Shown: positions 17,653 through 29,543 of the stretch, piece after piece
How the letters are laid out: the number at the start of each line of letters is the position of its first letter
How positions within the stretch are numbered: position 1 is the stretch's first letter
The notes under the pieces: generated by a model
Told to the model about the DNA's origin: nothing
The model's database searches: none
The model's input: only the letters and a program-made list of their open reading frames with translations
From: Candidatus Methylomirabilota bacterium
GTDB taxonomy: Bacteria; Methylomirabilota; Methylomirabilia; Rokubacteriales; CSP1-6
Direction of reading: 5' to 3'
Length of the DNA: 34,646 bases
Assembly (NCBI GenBank): GCA_035260865.1
Contig: DATFUK010000336.1
Location: 1 to 34,646 of the forward strand
Position numbers and translations under genes: made by a program

Positions 17653-18473
17653 CGGCCCCGCCGCCGCTCGACGCGCCGCGCCACCGCCCAGTAGCGGAGC
17701 GCGGGCGGCACCAGCGGGAGGCCGCCGCGCGTGGCGGCGGCGAGGCCCCGCATCACGCGCTCGCGCCGGCCGTCCCAGGAGAAACCGTAGGCCGCGCGGA
17801 GCGCGGGGGGCAGCAGACCGACGGCCGGCAGCGCGGCCAGCCAGAGCGCGGGCCGGACGACGGCCGGCGCGGGTGGCCGAATGATCTCCCGGGAGAGCCG
17901 ACGGGCCGTGTCGGTCACCTCGATCACGCCCCCGCCGAGCATCGCGTCCAGGTACTCGCGGAGCCGGCCCTCCGTTCGCGGCAGCCGGCCCGGCGGGATC
18001 CCGAGCGCCGACTCGATGCCACCGGCCTCCTCGCAGTAGCGATCGGCCTCCGCGGGGCTGACCGGCCCCACGAAGAGCCGATACGTCAGCAGGAACGACT
18101 CGACCAGGGTCGCGTGCACCCAGGTGAGCAGCTCGGGATCGTGGGCGCTGTACGCGGCCCCGCCCGCCGACTCGTCGAGCCGCCCGTGGACCCGGTCGTG
18201 GATGGCGTTGATCCGGGCGGCGGCGCGGGCCGCCTCGTCCGCCGAGCCGAAGGTCAGCGCGAGCATCGCGGAAATCGTCCGGTGCAGGCGCCGGAACCGC
18301 CCCCAGCGGTCGGTCGTGAACCCGCTGTGCTCGGCCACCCCGCGCGCCACCTTCGGGTGCGCGATCTGGAGCAGGATGGCCCGGCCCCAGCCGGCCAGGA
18401 GCACCCGCTCCCGGTGGATCTTCCAGGCCATGCCACCCCCGACAAAAGCCTCGGCGGAGATCGACCCGGGCAT
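17649..18473 (-). CDS. MpaB/DUF2236 family oxygenase-like protein (track ORF trimmed to ATG 18473; alternative start 18431)
   Basis: WKIHRERVLLAGWGRAILLQIAHPKVARGV...INAIHDRVHG is typical of DUF2236. Confidence 0.75.
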   Translation of the reverse strand: MPGSISAEAFVGGGMAWKIHRERVLLAGWGRAILLQIAHPKVARGVAEHSGFTTDRWGRFRRLHRTISAMLALTFGSADEAARAAARINAIHDRVHGRLDESAGGAAYSAHDPELLTWVHATLVESFLLTYRLFVGPVSPAEADRYCEEAGGIESALGIPPGRLPRTEGRLREYLDAMLGGGVIEVTDTARRLSREIIRPPAPAVVRPALWLAALPAVGLLPPALRAAYGFSWDGRRERVMRGLAAATRGGLPLVPPALRYWAVARRVERRRGR

Positions 18474-18560
18474 GCGAGCATTATGCGCGTGGCCCGGAAA
18501 CTTCGGGAGCCCGTCGCCCGTTCTCTGAGAGTCACCCACTATCGTGGAAAGGAGCACGCC

Positions 18561-19112
18561 ATGCGTCGCATGACCCTGCTGCTGCTCGCGACCCTGCTGC
18601 TGGCCGCCGTCGGCCTCGGCGCGGCCGGCCCGGCCGCCGCCCTGGAAGTCGGCCAGAAGGCGCCCGATTTCACCTTGCCCGGTCCCGGTAACAAGCCCGT
18701 GAAGCTGTCCGAATTGACCGCCAAGGGTCCGGTGGTCGTCTTCACCTTCATCCAGGCGTTCACCAGCACCTGAAGCAAGGAGCTCCTCGGCTTCGAGGAG
18801 AGCCTGCCCAAGTTCACCGCCGCCGGGGCCCAGGTCGTGGGCGTGAGCGCCGACCACGCGGCCACGCTCGAGGCCTTCACCAAGCAGAACAAGATCAACT
18901 ACCTCCTGCTGTCCGACTTCCGCCGCGCGATGCTACCCGGGTACGACGCGCTGGTCACCGACGAGAAGAGCCCGATCTTCCGCTACGCCAAGCGCGCCTA
19001 CTACGTCATCGACAAGAACGGCGTGGTCCGGTACATGAAGGTCATGGAGAACCCGCTCGACCTGCTGGAGCCGGCCGACGTGCTGAAGGCGCTCAAGGAC
19101 GCGGGCGTGTGA
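18561..19112 (+). CDS. AhpC/TSA-family peroxiredoxin with in-frame TGA (18771-18773) read as selenocysteine; N-terminal signal peptide; 183 aa
   Basis: Track ORFs 18114..18773 and 18837..19112 share a frame. Read-through gives VVVFTFIQAFTST-U-SKELLGFEES...GVSADH...LLSDF, the Prx active-site layout with U at the peroxidatic Cys. GGAAAGGAG lies 6 nt upstream of ATG 18561. A hairpin follows the TGA. Confidence 0.8.
18779..18804 (+). promoter_or_regulatory. Putative bacterial SECIS hairpin for the peroxiredoxin UGA
   Basis: 7-bp stem CUCCUCG/CGAGGAG (18783-18789 and 18794-18800) with a GCUU loop at 18790-18793. There are 2 further GC pairs beyond a 2x2 internal loop. The loop starts 17 nt after the UGA. 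Confidence 0.55.
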
Positions 19113-19663
19113 GCACGCGCCCATTCGCCGCATCCATCCTGATCGCGGCGGCGCTCTGGGCCGGGGCCGCGGCGGCGCAGCCCGCCGCCGCGCCGCCGGC
19201 CTGGGCGAAGCTTGGCGTCCAGCCCTACGAATCGCCCAAGCCCGCCCCGGCCTTCGCGCTGCCCGCGCTCGACGGGCGCACCGTGCGGCTCGAGGATCAG
19301 AAGGGCAAAGCGCTGCTGCTCTTCTTCTGGGCCACCTGGTGACCGACCTGCCGGGAGGAGTTACCTTCCGTCAATCGGTTGTACGAGGAATTCAAGGGCC
19401 AGGGGCTCGAAGTCTTGCTGATCAGCTTTCGCGAGAGCGCGGATCTCGTGAAGCGCACGGTGGCCGAGCGCGGCTACACCGCGCCGGTGCTGCTCGACGC
19501 CTCGGGTGACGTCACCGGCCGGGCCTACGGCGTCTTCGGGCCGCCCACCGTCTACCTGGTGGACCGCGAGGGGCGGCTGGTCGGCCGGATGATCGGCGGC
19601 GGCGACTGGAGCGGCGCCACCGCGCGCGAGGTCATCCGCGGCTTCGTCGCGCCCAAGCGCTGA
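19109..19663 (+). CDS. TlpA/ResA-like thioredoxin-fold thiol:disulfide oxidoreductase with in-frame TGA (19340-19342) read as selenocysteine (UxxC motif); signal peptide; 184 aa
   Basis: Track ORFs 19109..19342 and 19379..19663 share a frame. Read-through gives LLLFFWATW-U-PTC-REELPSVNRLYEEFKGQGLEVL, the canonical WCxxC redox motif with U in the first position. The GTG start overlaps the upstream stop by 4 nt. Confidence 0.8.
19352..19370 (+). promoter_or_regulatory. Putative bacterial SECIS hairpin for the TlpA-like UGA
   Basis: 7-bp stem CGGGAGG/CCUUCCG (one G-U pair) with an AGUUA loop at 19359-19363. The loop starts 17 nt after the UGA, the same spacing as in the neighbouring gene. Confidence 0.5.
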
Positions 19664-19667
19664 CCGG

Positions 19668-20240
19668 CTAGCTGCGGCCGGCGGCCAGTGGGGGCGGGCC
19701 CGCCTGGTCGCGGGCGTGGATCGCCATCGCGACGAGCGCGCCCACCAGATCGCCGAGGCCGGCGCGCGCGGCCGGGTCGGCGAGCTTGCCGTCCTGGAAG
19801 TGACCGGACTCCAGGTACACGCTGGTCGGCACCACCCGCGCCCCGAACCACGCGAGCACCGCGCGGAGCTGCCAGTCCACCCCCAGGTAGTGATGGAGCG
19901 TCGCGCCCATCGCCACGATGCCCACCGGCTTGGCCCGCAGCGCCTCCACCGGCGTGAGATCGAGCAGGTTCTTGAGCGCGCCGGTGAACGAGGCGCGGTA
20001 GACGGGGCTCGCGAGCAGGACCGCGTCGGCCTCGGCGATCGCGCCGACGACCCGCGCGGTGTCGTCGGGGTAGCGGTCGAGCGCGCGCCCGTCCGCGAAG
20101 GAGACGCGATGCTCGCCCAGGCTCAGCACGGTGGCGGCGACCGCCGGCTGCTCGGCCGCGCGATCGGCCGCGAAGCGCACCGCCGCGTCGAGACGCCCGG
20201 GCGGCGTCACCGCGCCCACCACCGCCAGGACCCGGGTCAC
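19668..20240 (-). CDS. NADPH-dependent FMN reductase (SsuE-like), 190 aa
   Basis: ASPVYRASFTGALKNLLDL closely matches the SsuE-family motif. GTGA overlap with the upstream monooxygenase stop. Confidence 0.8.
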   Translation of the reverse strand: MTRVLAVVGAVTPPGRLDAAVRFAADRAAEQPAVAATVLSLGEHRVSFADGRALDRYPDDTARVVGAIAEADAVLLASPVYRASFTGALKNLLDLTPVEALRAKPVGIVAMGATLHHYLGVDWQLRAVLAWFGARVVPTSVYLESGHFQDGKLADPAARAGLGDLVGALVAMAIHARDQAGPPPLAAGRS

Positions 20241-21340
20241 CGCGCGAGCGCCGCCGCGCGATCCCGCTCGCGGCGGGCGACCTCGGTGCGCACCAGGGGG
20301 ATCAGCTCGCGGCCGTACTCGATCGCGTCGTTGAGCGGATCGAAGCCGCGGATCAGCAGCGTGGTCACGCCGAGCTCGTGGTAGTCCAGCAGCGCCTCCG
20401 CGACCTGCTCGGGGGTACCCACGAGCGCGGTGGTATTGCCCTGGCCGCCCACCGCCGCCGCGATCGGCGTCCACAGCCGCTTGTCGTGCACCTCGGCCTG
20501 CTGGGCGAAGTCGACCAGCCGCCGCGCGCCCACCGCCTCGGGCTGGGGAACGCCGCGCGACCCCTGCTTGGCCTGCACCTGCTCCAGGATCGCGCGCGCC
20601 TTGGCCCAGGCCTGCGCCTCGGTCGGGGCGATGATCGGCCGCAGCGAGACGCTGAACCGCGGCAGGTCCGGGTCGCGGCCGACGCCCGCCGCGGCCGCGC
20701 GCACGCCCGCGATGCGATCGCGGATCGCGGCGAGCGGCTCGCCCCACAGCATGTAGACGTCGCAGTGCCGGACGCCGATCCGGTGCGCGGCCTCGGAGGC
20801 GCCGCCGAAGTAGAGCGGCACGTGCGGCTGCTGCACCGGCTTCACGTCCGAGTACGCCGCGGTCACCCGGTAGAACTCGCCGGCGTGATCGAAGGGCCGC
20901 GCCTCCGTCCACACCCGCCGCATCACCCCGAGGTACTCGTCGGTACGTCGGTAACGCGTGTCGTGGTCCACGAAGTCCCCATCGCGCGCCTGGTCGGCGT
21001 CGCTGCCGCCGGTGATGATGTGGAGCGCGAGCCGGCCCGCCGAGAGCTGATCGAGCGTGGCCGCCTTGCGCGCGGCCAGCGTGGGCGCGACGAAGCCGGG
21101 GCGGTGGGCGAGCAGGTAGCCGAGGCGCTCGGTGTGCGCGGCGGCGTACGCCGAGATGAGGAAGCCGTCCGCGGACGTCGACGTGTAGCCGACCAGCACC
21201 TTGTCGAAGCCGGCGCGCTCGTGAGCCTGGGAGAACTCCCGGACCCAGGCCATGTCGATCGCGCCGCCGATCACGTGCACCGCGGCGCCGTCGGCCCCTT
21301 CGGGCCGTACCCCGATCATCCCGATGAACTCGATGGCCAT
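20237..21340 (-). CDS. FMNH2-dependent LLM-class monooxygenase, alkanesulfonate monooxygenase (SsuD) family, 367 aa
   Basis: Collinear by eye with SsuD (RPGFVAPTLAARKAATLDQLS.GR, ITGGS, PLYFGGAS, MLWGEP). AGGAGGG lies upstream of ATG 21340. Confidence 0.85.
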   Translation of the reverse strand: MAIEFIGMIGVRPEGADGAAVHVIGGAIDMAWVREFSQAHERAGFDKVLVGYTSTSADGFLISAYAAAHTERLGYLLAHRPGFVAPTLAARKAATLDQLSAGRLALHIITGGSDADQARDGDFVDHDTRYRRTDEYLGVMRRVWTEARPFDHAGEFYRVTAAYSDVKPVQQPHVPLYFGGASEAAHRIGVRHCDVYMLWGEPLAAIRDRIAGVRAAAAGVGRDPDLPRFSVSLRPIIAPTEAQAWAKARAILEQVQAKQGSRGVPQPEAVGARRLVDFAQQAEVHDKRLWTPIAAAVGGQGNTTALVGTPEQVAEALLDYHELGVTTLLIRGFDPLNDAIEYGRELIPLVRTEVARRERDRAAALAR

Positions 21341-22596
21341 CACGCCCTCCTGATCAGTCCCGGCCGGGGGCGCGCGGCGCCCGCGGCGATATGGTCGGCG
21401 AGATGGGCGGCGTCGTCTCCGACCCCGCACAGCACGGACGACTTGAGCTTGTGGAGCCACGGCAGGCCCAGGAAGTAGAGCCCCTCGCAGCCGGTGACCC
21501 CCCGCTGGTGGATCGGCTCGCCCCGGTCGTCGAGCACGGGCGCGTCGACCCACCCGAAGTCGCGCCGGAACCCGGTGGCCCAGACCACCGACATGATGCC
21601 TGAAGCGACCAGGTCGAGCTCGCGAATCGGCGCCCGGGTCGCCGCGCGCGCCACCGCGATCACCGGCGGCGTCTCCGCCGGGGCCGCGAGCCCGGACCGG
21701 GCGACGTAGGCGTCCACCGCGCGCGTGAACACGCCGACGCTCTCGTCGCCGGCGGCCAGCAGCGCGGCCAGGTCGTCGGCCAGGCGCAGGCGTGAGCCGG
21801 TGACGTCCACGAGACGCCCGAGCAGCGTGACGCCGGCGGCCGCGTAGTCGCGCAGGTCGATGTCGTGGCCGCCGCCAACCCCGGTCACCAGCGGATTCGG
21901 CCGCTCCCGCGCCTCTGGACGCTCGTCGCGCGTCTGGTCGAGCGCGCCGATCCGCTCCATCCACCAGAACATGTCGCGGCCGCGGTAGCGGCGCGGATAA
22001 CGCCGGTGGCGGCCCACCGAGAGGTACACGGGGCGGCCCGCGGCGAGCAGATCCTCCACGATCTGGCAGCCGGAGGCGCCGGAGCCGACGACGAGCACCG
22101 CGCCCGCGGGAAGCTGCGCCGGGTTGCGATACCCGCTCGCGTGCACCTGGAGGACGCTCGGCGGAAGCGCGTGACGGAGCGCCGGCACGATCGGCTCCTG
22201 GTAGGGACCGGTGGCGACGACGACGTTGGCGGCCTCGATCGGCCCCTCCGTGGTCTCGAGCCGGAATCGGCCGGCCTCCGCGCGGACGCGGTCCACGCGC
22301 ACGCCGGTTCGCACCGGCGCGGCGACGAGCTCGCGATACCGCTCGATGAAGGCGATGACCTCGCCGCGCGTGGCGAAGCCGTCCGGCTCGCTCCCGTGAT
22401 ACTCGTGACCGGGCAGCCGGAGGCTCCAGTTGGGGAACTGAAACATCAGCGAGTCCCAGCGCTCGCTCCGCCAGCGCTCGGCCACGCGCCCCCGCTCGAG
22501 GATGACGTGCGGGCGCCCGAGCCGGCCCAGGTGGTAGCTGAGCGCGATGCCCGCGTGTCCGCCGCCCACGATCACCGTCTCGTACCGGGTCGCCAT
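21340..22596 (-). CDS. Flavin-containing monooxygenase / FAD-NAD(P)-binding oxidoreductase, 418 aa
   Basis: N-terminal VIVGGGHAG dinucleotide fold, a second VLVVGSGASG motif, and the ATGF motif near the C-terminus. Confidence 0.8.
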   Translation of the reverse strand: MATRYETVIVGGGHAGIALSYHLGRLGRPHVILERGRVAERWRSERWDSLMFQFPNWSLRLPGHEYHGSEPDGFATRGEVIAFIERYRELVAAPVRTGVRVDRVRAEAGRFRLETTEGPIEAANVVVATGPYQEPIVPALRHALPPSVLQVHASGYRNPAQLPAGAVLVVGSGASGCQIVEDLLAAGRPVYLSVGRHRRYPRRYRGRDMFWWMERIGALDQTRDERPEARERPNPLVTGVGGGHDIDLRDYAAAGVTLLGRLVDVTGSRLRLADDLAALLAAGDESVGVFTRAVDAYVARSGLAAPAETPPVIAVARAATRAPIRELDLVASGIMSVVWATGFRRDFGWVDAPVLDDRGEPIHQRGVTGCEGLYFLGLPWLHKLKSSVLCGVGDDAAHLADHIAAGAARPRPGLIRRA

Positions 22597-22605
22597 GACG
22601 CGACA

Positions 22606-22634
22606 AGGCTACGGAGGTGTGATGGCCGAGTCAA
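22606..22634 (-). promoter_or_regulatory. Putative sigma70-type promoter for the FMO-ssuD-ssuE-like operon (TTGACT-17 nt-TAGCCT), 9 nt from the ATG
   Basis: The minus strand reads TTGACT cggccatcacacctccg TAGCCT tgtcgcgtc ATG. No Shine-Dalgarno. Confidence 0.4.
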
Positions 22635-22640
22635 TCTGAC

Positions 22641-22646
22641 TATACT
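22641..22646 (+). promoter_or_regulatory. Putative -10 box TATACT 6 nt upstream of the lhr ATG (leaderless arrangement)
   Basis: The plus strand reads TATACT gttgcg ATG. No Shine-Dalgarno and a weak -35. Confidence 0.35.
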
Positions 22647-22652
22647 GTTGCG

Positions 22653-26897
<4,245 letters not shown>

Positions 26898-27052
26898 CAG
26901 CCGTCAGCTGCGAGGGTAGCCGGGCGGCGAGAAGGGTCCAGCTGCGGGGCGGGGCCCGAAGGCCGGGCGCGAGGCGTGCTCTTGTACGTTGAGCGCCCCG
27001 GACGAGGGCGCCAACGAAGCAGATGGGCCCGTATCGGCGCCCGTCGCCGAAG

Positions 27053-27340
27053 CTAGCGACCCAAGCCCCTCGTCTGGATCCCCTGCGTGACGTCGCGGTC
27101 GAGATCGGGGCGCCGGGCGGGACCCGGCTGGACCTCGCGCAGCATGCGGTCGGTCCGCTGGCGGTCGAGCTCGCGCACCGCCTGCGTCGTGTCCTCCTCG
27201 ATCTTCCGGGGGGGCACCGGCCGGAGGGCAGGCGCCCGCTGCTTGTACTCCAGGTCGAGCGGGCCCGTGGACTTCGTCTGGGCCGGCGCGATCCCGGCGC
27301 TCGCGAGCACCAACAGCACGGCCAGCGGCAACGTCTTCAT
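27053..27340 (-). CDS. Hypothetical small secreted protein, 95 aa
   Basis: GGAGGGAG lies directly upstream of ATG 27340. Signal peptide MKTLPLAVLLVLASAGIAPAQ. No family match. Confidence 0.5.
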   Translation of the reverse strand: MKTLPLAVLLVLASAGIAPAQTKSTGPLDLEYKQRAPALRPVPPRKIEEDTTQAVRELDRQRTDRMLREVQPGPARRPDLDRDVTQGIQTRGLGR

Positions 27341-27445
27341 GGCTCCCTCCGTGCTAGAGCCTAGGCGCCGCCCGGCCGCGGAGTCAAATTTTGCCTCCGG
27401 ACCCGGATCAGGCCCCGAAGACCACCCGGGTGCCCGTGGGTCGAT

Positions 27446-28234
27446 TCATAGGGCCTCCGCGGCCAGGACCTCGAGGTCCTGTGCGCGCGCTTCGAACCAG
27501 GCGAGGCGCTCCCGCAGCCGTACCACCTCGCCGATGATCGCGAGCATCGGCGGCGCCAGCCGGGCCGCGCGGGCGCGGGTCACGACGGCGCGGAGCGTGG
27601 TGACCGTGACCTCCTGCGCCTCGGTCGTGCCCCAGCGGATCAGCGCCACCGGAGTGTCGGGGGAGCGGCCGTGCCCGACCAGCTCTGCGGCGATGCGCGG
27701 GAGGCTGGCGGCGCCCATCAGCACGACGAGCGTGTCCACCGCGGTGGCGAGCCGGCCCCAGTCCACATCGGGGTGATCCTTGGTCGGATCCTCGTGCCCG
27801 GTCACGACCGCGAACGAGGAGCCCAGGCCCCGGTGGGTCACCGGGATGCCGGCGTAGGCGGGCACCGCGAGCGCGGCGCTCACCCCCGGCACCACCTCGA
27901 AGGGGATGCCCGCCTCCGCCAGCGCCAAGCCCTCCTCGCCTCCGCGGCCGAACACGAAGGGATCGCCGCCCTTGAGGCGGACCACCGAGCGACCGAGGCG
28001 CGCCTGCTCGATCAGCCGCGCGTTGATCTGGTCCTGGGGCAGGCAGTGGCCCCCGGCGCGCTTGCCCGCGAAGAGGCGCAGCGCGGCGGCCGGGGCCTCG
28101 TCGAGGAGCGCGGGATTCACGAGGCGATCGTAGACGACCACGTCGGCGCGGCGCAGGATCTCGAGCCCGCGCACCGTCATGAGCCCGGGATCGCCCGGCC
28201 CGGCGCCGACCAGGTAGACGCGTCCCTCGTCCAT
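27446..28234 (-). CDS. cobA: Uroporphyrinogen-III C-methyltransferase (SUMT), 262 aa
   Basis: VYLVGAGPGDPGLMTVRG, VVRLKGGDPFVFGRGGEE and VPGVSA motifs. Its start shares 1 nt with the upstream stop. Confidence 0.9.
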   Translation of the reverse strand: MDEGRVYLVGAGPGDPGLMTVRGLEILRRADVVVYDRLVNPALLDEAPAAALRLFAGKRAGGHCLPQDQINARLIEQARLGRSVVRLKGGDPFVFGRGGEEGLALAEAGIPFEVVPGVSAALAVPAYAGIPVTHRGLGSSFAVVTGHEDPTKDHPDVDWGRLATAVDTLVVLMGAASLPRIAAELVGHGRSPDTPVALIRWGTTEAQEVTVTTLRAVVTRARAARLAPPMLAIIGEVVRLRERLAWFEARAQDLEVLAAEAL

Positions 28235-28863
28235 CAGGCCGACTCGAGATCCCGCGCGAGCCGGGCGCGCGCCTGGCGGTAGCGCTTGTCCGCGATGAGC
28301 CGGCGCAGGCCGCCGTCGAGCGCGCGCCGCCACCGGTCCGGCCCCGCGGAGACCGCCCGCCGCCGCAGGTCTTCTCGCGCCTCCGCGGCCATCTCGACCA
28401 GCGTCGCGTGGTCCTCGGTGAGATAGCCCTCCAGCTCCTCCCGGATCGCCCGCGCCGCCGCCGGGCTCGCCCCGCCGGTGGATACCGCGACCACGAGCCG
28501 CCCGCGCCGGATCACCGCGGGCAGGATGAAGTCGCAGCGCGCGGGCTCGTCGGCCGCGTTGACCCAGATCCCGCGCTCGCGCCCCTCCGCCGCGACCGCG
28601 CCGCTCACCGTGGGATCGTCGGTGGCGACGAGCGCGAGGCGGCGCCCCGCGACGTCACCGTCCTGGTACGGGCGTGGAAGATGCTCGATCCGGCCGGCCG
28701 CGACCCAGCCGGCGAGCCGCGGCGTCACGGTGGGGCTCACCACCGTGACGTTCGCGCCCGCGGCCAGCAGGCCCTCGACCTTCCCCTCGGCCACCGGACC
28801 GCCCCCCACGACGAGGACGGGGCGATCCGTGAGATCGAGGAAGACCGGGTAGTAGGCGCTCAC
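28234..28863 (-). CDS. sirC: Precorrin-2 dehydrogenase / sirohydrochlorin ferrochelatase (SirC / CysG N-domain-like)
   Basis: YPVFLDL..RPVLVVGGGPVA Rossmann start and a VSTGGASPAAARAIRE motif. Confidence 0.85.
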   Translation of the reverse strand: MSAYYPVFLDLTDRPVLVVGGGPVAEGKVEGLLAAGANVTVVSPTVTPRLAGWVAAGRIEHLPRPYQDGDVAGRRLALVATDDPTVSGAVAAEGRERGIWVNAADEPARCDFILPAVIRRGRLVVAVSTGGASPAAARAIREELEGYLTEDHATLVEMAAEAREDLRRRAVSAGPDRWRRALDGGLRRLIADKRYRQARARLARDLESA

Positions 28864-28864
28864 G

Positions 28865-29509
28865 TCAGCGCTTGGCCGGCTCGGGCTGGGGCGTGAGGCG
28901 CAGGTACGGCTTGAGCGCGCGCCAGCCCCTCGGGAACTTCGCCCGCGCCTCCTCGTCGGTGACCGCGGGCACGATGATCACGTCCTCGCCCGGCCTCCAG
29001 TTCACCGGGGTCGCGACGCGATGTCCGTCGGTGAGCTGCAGCGAATCGATCACGCGCAGGATCTCGTCGAAGTTGCGGCCGGTGGTCTGGGGATACGTGA
29101 TGAACAGGCGGATCTTCTTCTTGGGATCGATCACGAACACGGTGCGGACGGTGTAGACCTCGTCGTGGGCGGGATGGATCATGCCGTAGAGGCTGGCCAC
29201 CTTGCGGTCCGGATCGGCGATGATCGGGAAGTCCACCGCGTAGCCCTGCGTCTCCTTGATGTCGGCGAGCCAGCCCTGGTGCGACGTGACCGGATCGATC
29301 GAGAGGCCGATCGCCTTGACCCCGCGCCGCTCGAACTCGGGCCGGAGGCGCGCGACGTAGCCGAGCTCGGTCGTGCACACCGGCGTGAAGTCGCGCGGGT
29401 GGGAGAAGAGGACCGCCCAGCTGTCGCCGAGCCAGTCGTGGAAGCTGACGGGGCCGGCGGTGGTCTCGGCCTGGAAATCGGGAGCGGTGTCGCCTAGTCG
29501 CAGGGTCAT
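28865..29509 (-). CDS. 1-Cys peroxiredoxin (Prx6 type), 214 aa
   Basis: LFSHPRDFTPVCTTELG active site and a Prx6-type C-terminal extension. AAGGAGA lies 7 nt upstream of ATG 29509. Confidence 0.9.
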   Translation of the reverse strand: MTLRLGDTAPDFQAETTAGPVSFHDWLGDSWAVLFSHPRDFTPVCTTELGYVARLRPEFERRGVKAIGLSIDPVTSHQGWLADIKETQGYAVDFPIIADPDRKVASLYGMIHPAHDEVYTVRTVFVIDPKKKIRLFITYPQTTGRNFDEILRVIDSLQLTDGHRVATPVNWRPGEDVIIVPAVTDEEARAKFPRGWRALKPYLRLTPQPEPAKR

Positions 29510-29543
29510 GGTCGTGTCTCCTTGTCGGTTCGGGTTGTCGGGG

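Noticed and set aside
18114-18560. N-terminal extension of the peroxiredoxin ORF (track start 18114, or ATG 18483)
   Set aside because: The extension is antisense to the MpaB gene and has shadow composition. ATG 18561 has a strong Shine-Dalgarno and yields a proper signal peptide at the N-terminus.
26898-27052. Several short GC hairpins (for example GCGCCC-CGGACGA-GGGCGC at 26992-27010) between convergent lhr and the small secreted-protein gene
   Set aside because: The stems are short (4-6 bp) and have no adjacent U tracts on either strand, so they are not strong enough to annotate as terminators.
27341-27445. Possible hairpin (ACCCGG...CCGGGT around 27400-27436) downstream of cobA
   Set aside because: The stem is imperfect with a large interior and no U tract. 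I could not support a terminator or regulatory call.
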